Origin: Marsupella aquatica
Lineage: Eukaryota > Plantae > Marchantiophyta
Assembly: GCA_973895155.1 (NCBI GenBank)
Contig: OZ316899.1
Span: 15,775,974-15,839,973, forward strand
DNA: 64,000 nt
Direction of reading: 5' to 3'
The translations under genes and the position numbers were made by a program. A model generated the notes under the pieces. That model saw nothing but the letters and a program-made list of their open reading frames with translations, did no database searches and was not told where the DNA came from. Positions 37,570 to 49,387 of this stretch are shown here, piece by piece (within the stretch, counting starts at the first letter, position 1; every line of letters starts with the position of its first letter).

Positions 37570-38472
37570 CGGCGGAGTAGGAATAGATTAGGATTAGGAT
37601 TGGCTTAGTCAAGCTCTTGGGACAGGCACCTGCCTTAGGTACAGCAGCGCTGCCCTGCTGTCCAGCCTGCGTAGATTAGGATCTTCTAATAAGACACAGC
37701 CGTTTTCCGGCCTGACTGTCAGCTTAGTTAGGACCTTAGTCAGCGAATCTTCGGCGAGAGGACACCCCGTTCCTCGGCTCTTAGTATTTAGTGCACCCCT
37801 CTGTAGAGGCAAGGGGGGGTTTTTAGTTTCAGAGTCGAACATCCACGGGACATGTGGGGAGTCCTGACCTCTGGGAATGACAGAGTACCAAGGGGAGGGG
37901 GTAGGACTAAGCTCGTCGGGCGAGTGCGGAGCCGGGCTCCGTTGTAGTGTGCACCCTCGGTCTTGAACCTGTGCATTCCAGGGCTGTCGTGTCAACTAAG
38001 TGTACGCATATGTTCCCTTTGTAGTAAAATCCTTTCCCATCATTTTCCTTCGTGTAAATCGAGATTGTATGCATGTGTGCGCATATGTGTGTGGGCTTCT
38101 CGTATATGGGTGGCAGCGCCAGGCCGAATGCACTACCCGAGACGTGCACAGGGTGCAGCCTGCGGGTAAGTGGTTGCGAGCACGGGTTGAGGACCTGTAT
38201 CATCGAATCCGGATCGAAGGCGGACAGCACGAAGGCTTAGAAGCCCTTAAGCCGGGGTCGATCCTGCTATCGACTAAGGTACGTTCCGGCGGCGGAACAC
38301 AAACCATACCTAGGAGGTGTCCGTATTTAGCAGTATGCGCACTTAGCGCTAGTTTATGAGAATAAGGTGCATTACGTGCTTCCCTTCCTGCCCGAACCCT
38401 CAGATTTACGAGGGATGTGCCCGTCTAAGCTGAAGTCTGAGTTAAGGCCGAAGCCTACGACGTGACAACAAG

Positions 38473-41440
38473 GGATCCTGGAAAGCTGATTTTTGTGAAT
38501 GTCACTTCTAACGGTTATCTGCGTGTTGCTTTGGTGGATACAGGCGCGACCGCCTGCTTCATAAGCGGGCAGGCGATGGCACGTCTTGGGGTAGACGTGC
38601 TCTTGTAGAAGCTACCTAAAGGTTTATCCCCACGAAGAGAAGTGGATCACCAAGTTGAGTTGGAGGCAAGTTCGGCTCCTCAGGCTAAAGCTCCTTACCG
38701 TCTAAACCTGAATGAACAAATGATGTTGAAGAACGCCTTGGAAGAGTTGATCAACCAAGGATTCATTTGTCCTAGTAAGAGTCCTTATGGGGCGCCCGCG
38801 CTGTTTGTGTCCAAAAAGGATGGTACTTTGAGATTGTGCGCAAACTATCGGGCCCTCAATAAGCAAATAGTAAAGAACAAGTACCCGTTCATATGGATCA
38901 CCTCTTTGATTGCCTCTCCGGGGCTAAGAAGTTTTCAAACGTGGACTTGCGGTCTAGGTATTACCAGATCCGCATGGCTAAGGGAGACGAGTATAAGATT
39001 GCAATGCGCACAAGGTTTGGATCCTATGAATTTTTGGTTATGCCGTTCGGGTTGTGTAATGCAACTGCAACGTTCATGAAGATGATGAATACCATCTTTC
39101 ATGACTTGTTGGACCAAGGAGTGGTCGTCTTTATTGACAACATCCTAATCTACTAAAAAATGTTGGAGGAGCATGAGCAGTTGCTTAGAGAAGTGTTCTC
39201 TCACCTTTGTAAGGCTCGTCTCTTTTCTAAACCTGGCAAGTGCAAGTTTGCAATGAATGAGATTCAGTTCCTTGGCCATACCTTTACCCCAGAGGGGATT
39301 ACGCCTAGTCAAGACAAGCTTAAGGAGATCAAAGAATGGGAGCGTCCATCCAATGTAAGGCAGGTTAGAGCCTTCTTAGGATTTACGGGGTTCTATTGGG
39401 GATACATGAAAGACTATGCGAGGATTGCGAGGCCCCTAAACGCGCTAACTTTGAAAAACAAAGTGTTTGTGTGGACACAAGATTGCAAGTTAGCATTCCT
39501 AGAACTTAAACGGCTAATGATAATGCCGCCGGTTCTAACGTTACCTGAGATGGGGAAGCCGTTTGAGATTTGCACAGACCCAAGTGATTATGCCATTGGC
39601 GTCTGTCTTCACCAAGGTGGGCGTCCTGTGGCCTTTGAGTCATGTAAGTTGGAAAATCATTGGATCACACCGGAAAGGGAAATGTATGTTGTGATCTATG
39701 CGTTGAAGAACTGGGAGATTTACCTTAAGAACGGTCCCAAAGTGGTAATACACATAGATAGCTCGTCGGCTAGGTACTTCAGTTCTAAGCCAAGGCTGAA
39801 CCCCAAGGAAATGCGCTCGCAGATGTTCTTGGCAGATTTCAATTTCAAAGTCGGTCACGTTTCGGGGAAGACAAACATGGCAACTGACGCGTTATCGCGT
39901 AAGGACCATCATCGTGTCAATGGGATCATGATGCTTGAATCCGAGTGGCCAAAGGTTTTGGCCGAGGTATATGGGGATGACAGGTTAGCTAAGGAATGGC
40001 AAAGCAATGGGGGTAGCCAAGGCAAGGTAAGGCACATTTTGTTGGGGTTGGATACCGCGCATAATGTCCAGTTATGGCAATACAAGCAAAGGCGTATGTA
40101 CATCACAGAGTCCCTAAGATTAGAGGTTCTGCAAAAGTACCATGACTTGCCCTGGGGAGGGCATAGCGGACTGTAAGCTACTATGTATTGCAACATGTCG
40201 CAAGATGTGTATTGGCCGGACATGAAGCAATTGGTTCTTTGCCACATGCAAAGTTGTTACTTGTGCCAAAAGAACCGAACGGTCTATAGGGTTAAAGGAG
40301 GACTTCTTCAACCCTTACCAATAGCTGCAGCTCCATGGGAGTCTATCTTGGTCCATGGACTTCATTGTTGGGTTACCGGAGTCCCACGGCAGTAACTCCA
40401 TCTTAACAATAGTGGATCATTTTTCCAAGATGACATATTTCTTGCTGACTACAAAAATGGTTTTGGCCCGAGAGGTTGTCAGTCTGGTGTTTGATAATGT
40501 CTTCCAACAATGGGGATTGCCATTGCATATCCTGTCCGACCGCGATACCAAGTTTACGGGCCATTTCTGGAAGGCGTTATTCCGGTTAACCAGAACGGAC
40601 CTTACTAGGGGATCAGCGTATCGTCACAAGACGGATGGCCAAATGGAACAGGTGAATGGTATTGTCGAGGACTACTTGCGTCACTTTGTGACGGCCAATC
40701 AAAAAGATTGGGCAAAGCACTTAACAATGGTCAAGTTTAGGTATAACTCGACCAAGCATTCAGCAACAAGGTTTGTGCCATTTGTGTTGGCCACTGGGAG
40801 GATGCCAAGGGCGCCCTCTTGGTTCATAAATCCGGAAGCTTGGTGGACGGAAAGCAAGGTTCCTTCTGCGGACAATTTTATTTGAGAGCAACGCCTAGTT
40901 GTGGAAGCGGCTACCAAGGGTATGACCCTTGCCCAAAGTTGGTACAAGGAGCAAGGGGATAAACATCAACGCCAGGTAAGCTTTCATATTGGGTAGAGCG
41001 TCTGGTTGCAATTGAGACCTAAGCAATACCACAGGAACATAAGTAGGAAGCTGGCTCCCAGATATGCGGGGCCCTATTGCATCATACAATGGACCCACAA
41101 GGATAATCTGGTTTCAGTGGTGTTGGAGACACCCAAGGAAATGGGCATGGGCAAAAGCTACCATGTTAGCCGGCTCAAGAAATTTGCCAAAGACGACGAT
41201 CCCAACCGGGATCAGGTCGTGCATCCGGACGCCGTGTTGGTGGAGGACGCGGAGGAGTTTGAGGTGGAGGCAACTCTGGACCACTGTTACAAACACAAGT
41301 TGGGAAGGCAAATCTTAGAGTATTTGGTGAAGTGGGTTGGCTATGATCAGGCCAAGAGTACTTAGGAAGTGAAAGAAAATTTGGGTAATGCCTCAGAGAT
41401 CCTTGGAAGCTATCGTAAGCAAAGCAGCCTACCGCCATTG
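38473..41440 (+). pseudogene. pol: Family-A pol: protease, RT, RNase H, integrase, chromodomain (disrupted)
   Basis: LVDTGA; [17 protein letters not shown]; VMPFGLCNA; FIDNILIY; TDPSDYAIG; H..GGH..C.LC; SDRDTKF; GPY; EFEVE...YLVKWVGY chromodomain. Confidence 0.93.
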
Positions 41441-41869
41441 TGAACTGGTATAGGAAAATGAAACTACCTTTGTGAGTTGTATCCTAGTTTCACTCCTCTC
41501 GGTCTCTTAAGGATAAAGTGGGATCGCGTTGGTGCTAGAGGTTGTTGGGCGACCAATTTGCTTTTTGCAAGTGGGAGTTGATGGTGCCCGCCTTACTTCT
41601 GTGGGCGGGCTGGTTTGAACCAAAGGGGAGTACCCCAAGGGGAGGACAATGGGTCCGACGAGTTTGGAGTTAGCTTACCCACTTGGACTGGCATCCTACT
41701 TGGAGAAGTGGGATAGGTTGGAATTTCCTATGTTTTGAATGCGCACACCAACCTGGTTTGCATCAGCCTTATGGGCAAACCATTTGTTACCTCATAAAAA
41801 CTTTTAAGACCTAAAGTGGTCTAGGCGTGCTGGAACGTTTACTAAGGTCACGCGCACATGACCATTTTT

Positions 41870-41882
41870 AAGGGGGGGGGGG
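41870..41882 (+). promoter_or_regulatory. Polypurine tract of element A
   Basis: AA followed by a G11 run, 4 nt before the 3' LTR. Confidence 0.85.
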
Positions 41883-41886
41883 TGCA

Positions 41887-44839
41887 AGTCGCGGAACTCG
41901 ATTACCTTAACACTTAGCTCCGACATCGCTGACTCAGATGCCGAGCTCCATTCTGGTCCAAGCCCGGATAGGCCATTTGGGGAGGACTTAGCATGGGGAG
42001 ACTTGTGGGCAATGACACATGGCACTAGTGAAGGTAAGGAGCCAAGCTAGTGACACACACTAAGGACTTGGACTAGCGATGGCTGGTCGAGTCAAGGGGA
42101 AATGGGCCGGGCCCAACAATGGCCGTCCGGACCTCCGGATGGACTTTGAGTTCTGAGGACTTGGGAGTGAGCTCCTCTTGGGCCCAAGGCCAATGGAGTT
42201 GACGAGTCGCGAAACTCGACTACCTTAACACTTAGCTCCGGCGTCGCTGACTCCGACGCCGAGCTCCCTTATGGCCAAGGCCTGGATAGGCCATCCGGGG
42301 AGGACTTAGCATGGGAAGACTTGGGGGCAATGAGATGTGGCACTAGCAAGGCAAGGTGCCAAGCTGGGGACACACACTAAGGACTTGGACTAGCCTATGG
42401 CTGGTCGGGTCAAGGGGAAATGGGTCGGGCTCAAGGATGGCCTCCGGACCGTCGGATGGGCTTTGAGTTTTGAGGGCTTGGGAGTGAGCTCCTCTTGGGC
42501 CCAAGGCCAATGGAGTTGACGCCATTGGCAACAGACGCTTGGGGCGCAAGTTGTGGCCCAAGCCGAGTTGGGCCGGTCGGGGGCCCCGAGCGGTGATCAG
42601 ACCTGAGGGCCTAGGCATGAGCACTGGGTCGGCCCGGCCACAACGGGCTAAGGCACTCTGCTTGCAAATGCCTATCAAGAAAGTTATGGGCGTTGCTAGT
42701 TGGTGGCGCGCCCATTATGCGCAATGGGATCCGGGTTGGGGGCCAAATGTTTAGGGACCAAAGCTGGTCCGGGAGTGATGTGTCCCTGGGGGCTAAGGGC
42801 GAGCCGAAGTCGTGAGCCGCGGCGGTCGCGACACTAAGGGAAACCGCCAAACGGAAACGACGATATCTTCCCAACGGGAAGTCCGTTGGAAGACTTCTTA
42901 GGTGCGTTGGAAAGCTCTTGAGGAGGGCTACGCCTCCTGAGCTCAGCTGGGTCTGGGGGTGCCATGGGTTCTCTCGGTTTGCGGGTGTTAGCTCGCCCGT
43001 TTGCCAAATCCTGCCGAACAGCAGCCAAGCCGCGTTCAGCCTCCCAAGGGAGCTTGCGTTGGGGAGGCAAGGCCAAGTAGGTATGGAGGTTGAGTCCCAA
43101 GGGCGCTCGGTCCCTAGACCATCAGTGGGGCGAACTGGGAGCGGTTGTTAGAGTCGGGGCCATTCTGGTCCCGGCGTGTTGAGACAAGCTTGGGACAAGC
43201 TTTAGGACAAGCTACACTAATTGGGCCATGAGCATGTCCTGAGGTCAGGGCGGTCAGTTGGTGATGGATAGGTACAAGGGGGAACCCGGGCCGCGCCCAA
43301 GGAAGGAGCTGTCCTGGACGGACAATGGGCGTGGGTTCTGGTTCCGGCTTATGGCATCGGGAGGACCTATCGTTGACCTATTTACCAACGTCTGTTGAGC
43401 TTGAGTTAGGACGCTAGACTGGGCGAGTTCTAGATCCGGAGGGGTTACTTACCGAGGTGTTTGGTTGCTTGTGCAGACAGTGAGGACCGTTGAGTAGCGG
43501 TCGTGTAGGTGAGCAAGTGCGGCTTCGTATGGGAGTGGCCGCAGGTGGTGCTAGAGGCACTTGGATGCTGGCTCGAGGTATTCCGTGGAGGCGTTCGGGC
43601 ACCAAGGGCACTTAGGCGCAAGTGCTGGGATTGGTGAGGGCGCTGGGTGGCGAGGTCCACCACTTGACGCCATTGGCAATGGACGCTTGGGGCGCAAGTT
43701 GTGGCCTGATCCGGATTGGGCCGGTCGGGGGCCCCAAGCAGCAATCAGACCTGACAGCCTAGGCATGAGCACTGGGTCGGCCCGGTCACAATGGGCTAAG
43801 CAACTCCGCTTGCGGATGCCCATCAAGAAAGTTAGGGGCGTTGTCAGTTCATGACGCGCCCATTATGCGCGATGGGATCCGGGTTGGGGGCCAAATGGTT
43901 AGGGACCAAAGCTGGTCCAGGGGTGGTAGGTCTCCAAAAGCATATATGAGGGGAGTGGTGTCTCCCTGGGAGCAAGGGTGAGCCAAAGTTGTGAGCTGCG
44001 GCGGTCGCGACACTAAAGGAAAGCGCCAAACGGAAATGGCGATATCTTCCCAACGGGAAGTCCATTAGAAGACTTATTGGCTGCGTTGGAAAGATCTCAA
44101 GGAGGATTACGTACTCCTGAGCTCAGATGGGTCTAAGGTTGCCATGGGTTCTTAATATTTGCGGGTGTTAGATCGCCCGCTTACCAAATCCTACCGAATA
44201 GCAGCCAAACCGCGTTCAGTCTCCCAAGAGAGCTTACGTTGGGGAGGCAAGGCCAAGTAGGCATGGAAGTTGAGTTCCAAGGGTGCTCGGCCCCTATACC
44301 ATCAGTAGGGCGAGAACCAAAAAGTTGGTTGCTAGAGTCGGGGCCATTCTGGTCCCGACGTGTTGGGACAAGCTTTAAGACAAGCTATGCTATTTGGGCC
44401 ATGAGCATGTCTTGGGGTCAGGGTGGTCAGTTGGTGATGGATAGGTACGAGGGGGAACCCGGGCCACGCCCAAGGAAGGAGCTGTTCTGGACGAACAGTG
44501 GGCATGGGTTCTGGTTCCGGCTTACGGCATCGGGAGGACCTATTGCTAACCTATTTACCAACGTCTGTTGAGCTTGAGTTAGGATGCTAGACTTGGAGAG
44601 ATCTAGATCTTGAAGGGTTACTTACCAAGATGCTTGGTTGCTTGTGCAGATAGATAGAGGACCGTTGAGTAGCGGTTGTGTTAGAGAGCAAGTGCAGCTT
44701 CATATGGGAGGGGCCACGGGTGGTGCAAGGGGCACTAGATTGCTTGCTCGAGGTATTTTGTGGAGGCGTTTGGGCACCAGGGGCACTTAGGCGTGGGTGT
44801 CGGGATTGATGAGGGCGCTAGATTGCAAGGTCCACCACT
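41887..44839 (+). repeat. 3' LTR of element A, split into 41887-42204 and 43665-44839
   Basis: AGTCGCGGAACTC start after the PPT; GGTCCACCACT end. Confidence 0.9.
42205..43664 (+). mobile_element. Family-A solo LTR (1460 bp) inserted in the 3' LTR
   Basis: TSD TGACG at 42200-42204 and 43665-43669; AGT...ACT termini. Confidence 0.93.
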
Positions 44840-45056
44840 TGAAGCTTCCTCCCATGCGAGCTTGACAAGCGATTTGTCTTGGCTATCCCATTTCGTTGTA
44901 GATGACTCGGTAGGCCTATTGGGAACTTACTTAGTTATACTTAAATCCAATCAAATAATGTATTGCACCCAAAATAGACGTAAACAAGAAGGCATCTATC
45001 AGGGAAGGTAGTTGACATGGATAGCCCAATAGAGATTGACTATTCCATCCAGATGG

Positions 45057-45480
45057 ATCTTGGAGAGGGCAACCAAGATTGACTCTTCAATTGACGGATC
45101 TTGGAGAGGCCAACTGAGATGACTATTCCTGAGATGGATCTTGGAGAGGCCAGCTGAGATGACTCTTCCATTGACAAATCTTGGAGAGGCTAGCCAAGAT
45201 TGACTCTCCCATCAATGGATCTCAGAGAGGCCAGCCAAGATGACTATTCTTGAGACGGATCTCGGAGAGGCCAGCCGAGATTTCTCTTCCTGAGATAGAT
45301 CTCAGAGAGGCCAGCCAAGATGACTATTCTTGAGACGGATCTCGGAGAGGCCAGCCGAGATTTCTCTTCCTGAGATAGATCTTGGAGAGGCTAGCAGAGA
45401 TTGACTCTTCCTGAGACGGATCTTGGAGAGGCCAGCCAAGATGACTCTTCTTGAGACGGATCTCAAAGAGGTCAGCCAGG
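45057..45480. repeat. Tandem array of 11 units of 40-41 bp, each with an imperfect palindrome
   Basis: Unit ATCT(T/C)GGAGAGGCCAGCC(A/G)AGAT plus GACTCTTCCTGAGACGG-like linker. Units start at ~45057, 45098, 45138, 45178, 45219, 45259, 45299, 45339, 45379, 45420 and 45460. Confidence 0.92.
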
Positions 45481-45713
45481 TGCTCGACAATGTCAATCGC
45501 AAATGGACTTGTCATTGCATGTAGAGGAATGAATCTTGGCGAGGTCCGCCAGCATGCATCTCAAGTTAGGACTTGCCCTCGCTTGTAGAGGAGGCCAGAT
45601 GCTATGAATGTCAACAAGGTCAGCTGACATGCACACATCTTGGCGAGGCCGTTGACTTGTATCTCTCTATTGTCAACCATTGCGATGAGCAAGCAGATAT
45701 GAAATGAACAATG

Positions 45714-48700
45714 TCAAACGCCAAAAAACTTACATGTTGTTGGGAGTACTGCCGGCTTTTTCTTGTTGTGCTTTTCTGGATTGGCTTTTGAACGGACCAC
45801 CAATACCTCTTCCTCCTCCGGGGAGAGCACTCCAACCAATTTTGCCAGTTGGTCTTGTGCACAAGTTCCAAAGTGCGGATAGGATTCAGTCCCAAACACC
45901 ATCCGTCTGCAGTTCTCACCCGCCTTGAATATTGTCCCAAACTATGCATTGAAAGTGAGGATAGTTGCCCCTGGCTATGTTGTATATTTGATGATACATT
46001 GGAGCGTTGTTGGCAACAATGTGCCCGCAAAAGGATTGTTAACCTGATTCTTTGTGGGTGTATAGTTTGTTAGCCCATTCCTGCTCTTCATATTGAGCTC
46101 TAATTGTAAGACATTTGAGGACTAATTGGTGCCACATCGTCCTTTGGGCATAGCTCTACAATAGACTTAAACCCCCACAGGTCTAGCTTGAGATATTTGC
46201 TCTGGATTGGCCAAACACATTTAGAGGTCAGACTTCCTCAGTTGAGGACAATAAGTCATTGGAATAAAAATGAATGAAGAAGTAGGTAATTGATGGGACT
46301 TACTTGCTTCCCAGTCCTACCGTCGTAGGTGGGTGTGATGTTCCAAATAAAGAAGCTTTCTCTCAACCCCTAGTTGGTATTCTTGTAAACTAATGCATCA
46401 TAAATGCAAGTTGAGTGCCAAAGAAAACCATTGTGCACTATGGCAAACAGTCCCTTGGAATCAAGGAGATCTCAAGCAAACTCTTGAACCCGATTCAAAT
46501 TGTCCTCCCGGGACAAATTCCACAATGGGATGGACTTATCCTTGACCACACGCGTGTCCGTTCCCATATGTATCAGAATTAAATCTACACCAGTCTTGAC
46601 TTGCTTCCCCCCTTTTCTCCAGGCATTTTGACGCAAACCTTCTCGCAATAGCTTTGTACACCATGAGATCAATTGACTAACTGCAGGGGGTTTGGTACCT
46701 TCTTCAACCGCATCAAAAAAAGTTGTAAATAGGTTTAGAGACCACCTAAAATACATATGTTTGCTATAGGAAGACATGGCATCGGTGTCAAAATGCCTTA
46801 CACCTTCCACTTGTGTATTATCCTCTTCTCCAAGGGCCTCTTGATCCTCCTCATTTTCCAATGTGGGGTCAGGTTAGATGGTTGTGGGTGGAACCTCTCC
46901 AGTGCCGGGTGGGGGAGGCAATATAGTGGGGGTAGGAAGAGGAGGAAATTCCTTGTCACGTGCTTTGCTTGGACTCCCTTTGGGAGCTCTGGGTTGCCTA
47001 GTTTGCTTTCTTTTTATGGCCTTTTTGTTTTGCTATGACAGTAATGGTGATCGGTAAGGTGCACGAGAGATATCAGACAAGCGCCCTTTGTCCCCGGATT
47101 GTCCTTTGTCCTCTTCCTCTTGCTCCCTCTTCCTCTTGCTCCTCTTCCTCTCGCTCACCCACATCATCCTCACCTTGTTGCTTCTCAGCCAGTTCATCTT
47201 GTACTTCACGAGCCTCATGCAAAGGCAAGTCAGATTCTTGTAGTGGAGCCTCATTCAGATCCATCTTGACTATTGGCTGTGTACCCTTGTGCCCTAGACC
47301 CTCCTCAACCCCTGGACCCTGCTCAACCCCTGGACCGTCCTCAACTGCTGCCTTTGTAGCCGGCTCTACACCCTTGCTCTTGACAGAACCAGGTTCCGTT
47401 TGGATCTATGCATAACCTGCATAGGATGCAAATTGATGAGCTTCATTGTGGCCTGCATCTCGGTGAGCCTCGCCAAGATTGGGTTCATTATATGCAAGCA
47501 ACTTATTACTCAACTAATACTTCATCTTGGCGAGCCTCACCGACATTTGGACTGGACCGGACACTTAATCTTGGCGAGCCTTGCTGACATGTGGAGGGGT
47601 TTGGATTTCAAAGACGTTCTATGTCATCCACCCTCACCGAGATGAGACCCTCATTCCCTTTTGTGTTATGGCAGCGACCCCAGCCAAGGTTAATTCTAAT
47701 GTAAGCCACCACCTAATGCAAAAGGAATTGAGTGATACTTGATGGGGTCTTTGTTGGAGTGCTTATAGAATCTGGCAGACTGGCCTCAGCTGATTGTTCC
47801 TTGTTGACCTTCTTCTCACCTCCTTCCTTTTGGGCCTTTTTCCCATCATAGGCTGGGTCCATTGGGATTATGGCCTCCAGCGCTATTGCCTAGGGCACAG
47901 AGTCCAACAATTGTTGCAGCCTGGATATGTCGTAGTAATTTTTAGGCTCTTGTTGGTCCTTCAGCTTCATTGCACACTCCTTCTCAATGTCATCAATAAA
48001 AGTATTTTAGTCACGGTACTCCATATACCATGGGTAGTTTTGACGTTCCCAATTGTAGACTACTCTGCCATTAGGAATCTGGCCATCACATGGATACATG
48101 CTAAGGCTTTATTTCGGCTCCATCCAAGATGTGAGTGCCCATGGCAGCTCTTTCAATACGGATTTGTTCATGTTCTCCTGATGGATCAGAAATCTTTTCA
48201 CACACCTCTTTATCACTTTTTCACATTTCTTTTAACAGGACCGTGGCCTTTTGTCAATCCAAATTCCCCCGCCTAGTTTTAGTGATTTCTCTTGCACATA
48301 AGCAGCTTTCAATAGCTTTACTCTGCACTTTGCAGTTACCCAAACCCCAGCAAACAAGCGGACCCTATCCAAGTCAACCTGTACATTCATCACACCCTGC
48401 TTGGCGTCCTTTGACAACTTGTGATACAGCTACCAACATACCAGCATGAACTGCTCTCCATTGGCCGGCTTTACGCAGGCTGCAAGCTTGGGGAACTTGT
48501 TGTCCCAGGACTTGCATGCAACATAATCATTGCCTGTGTCTCCTCCTCAGTTCTCTTCACACTCCATGGGTGCCCATGAGTTGCATCTTGTGCCATCTAA
48601 TTGGAGATATTCATTTGTCCCGCTTCAATGTTTGACCAAGACATGATGTACACAATGGCTTCTTTTGTCATATTCTTTGAGTACCAAGTCTTCCCATGAC

Positions 48701-49387
48701 TTGATTTTGGGCCTTCAAGAAAGCCTCCATTGTCTCCTTTGACATAAGCAGACTATACTCCTCCAATGGAGTGTTCAATAGCTTTGCAACCCAATCAGAG
48801 TCATTAAACCAGAACGTCTTCACGATAGTCGCACTCATCCTGGAAATGACAAACAATACTCTTAGGTCTAACATTGAAGAGCCTTTTCATAACGTTTGGC
48901 AATATCAGAGAGGCTCTCCGAGATGGCACACAAGGTTTACACAAATGGGTAATCACATTTTGCAAAAAGACGCGAATGAGAGTACTTACAAGTTGAGAGC
49001 GTGCATTGCTTGCTCAACCTTCTTGAATTTGTCCTTCCCAGTATTCAAAAGACAGAATTTGATGCACATATGGTATTGCAATTGATCCGGATACTCAGAA
49101 GCAACTACGGACCAGGTTGTGTATCTATGGTTTCCATCAAAAACCCAAAACATCTTGTCCTTAAGGACTTTGAACTCCTCTGATGCATTGCACTCTTGCT
49201 CAAACTATTCATTGAGCTTAGTCCATAGAGGGTCCCAAAATGGCTTGAAGTCTCTCACTATCTGTGTTTCCCTGGTTTCATTGAACTCAGTGATGTGGAA
49301 CTCGCTAAGCTTTACAACGTAACCGCTCTCTTTGAATCCTTTCTTTAATTTTGCAATAGACTCATCTTGAAGATTTCTGACTGCCTC
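45714..49387 (-). pseudogene. ParB-like / methyltransferase-like gene, diverged copy 2 (5' end cut by LTR-B)
   Basis: AVRNLQDESIAKLKKGF...WDPLW...LKDKMFWVFDGNHRY; KVEQAMHALN followed by the same phase-2 intron as in copy 1; GVDLILIHMG...LLDSKGLFAIVH; IIKYTT*PGATILTF..FGTIFKAGENCRRMVFGTE. Confidence 0.72.

Larger units (their letters stand above)
34455..38467 (+). mobile_element. Family-C element (4013 bp), probable solo LTR carrying a long ORF
   Basis: Termini TGTGACGTCG...CGACGTGACA (9/10 inverted). TSD ACAAG at 34450-34454 and 38468-38472. Inserted between gag and protease of element A. Strand given is that of the ORF. Confidence 0.85.
16884..44839 (+). mobile_element. Degenerate Ty3/gypsy chromovirus (family A) inflated by nested insertions
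   Basis: Order is LTR - PBS(iMet) - gag - PR - RT - RNase H - INT - chromodomain - PPT - LTR once the inserts 19035-33506, 34455-38467 and 42205-43664 (all TSD-bounded) are removed. Confidence 0.85.

Noticed and set aside
45057-45480. CRISPR-like look of palindromic repeats separated by short spacers
   Set aside because: The linkers are only 17-18 bp and similar to each other, there are no cas genes, and the context is eukaryotic: it is a tandem repeat.
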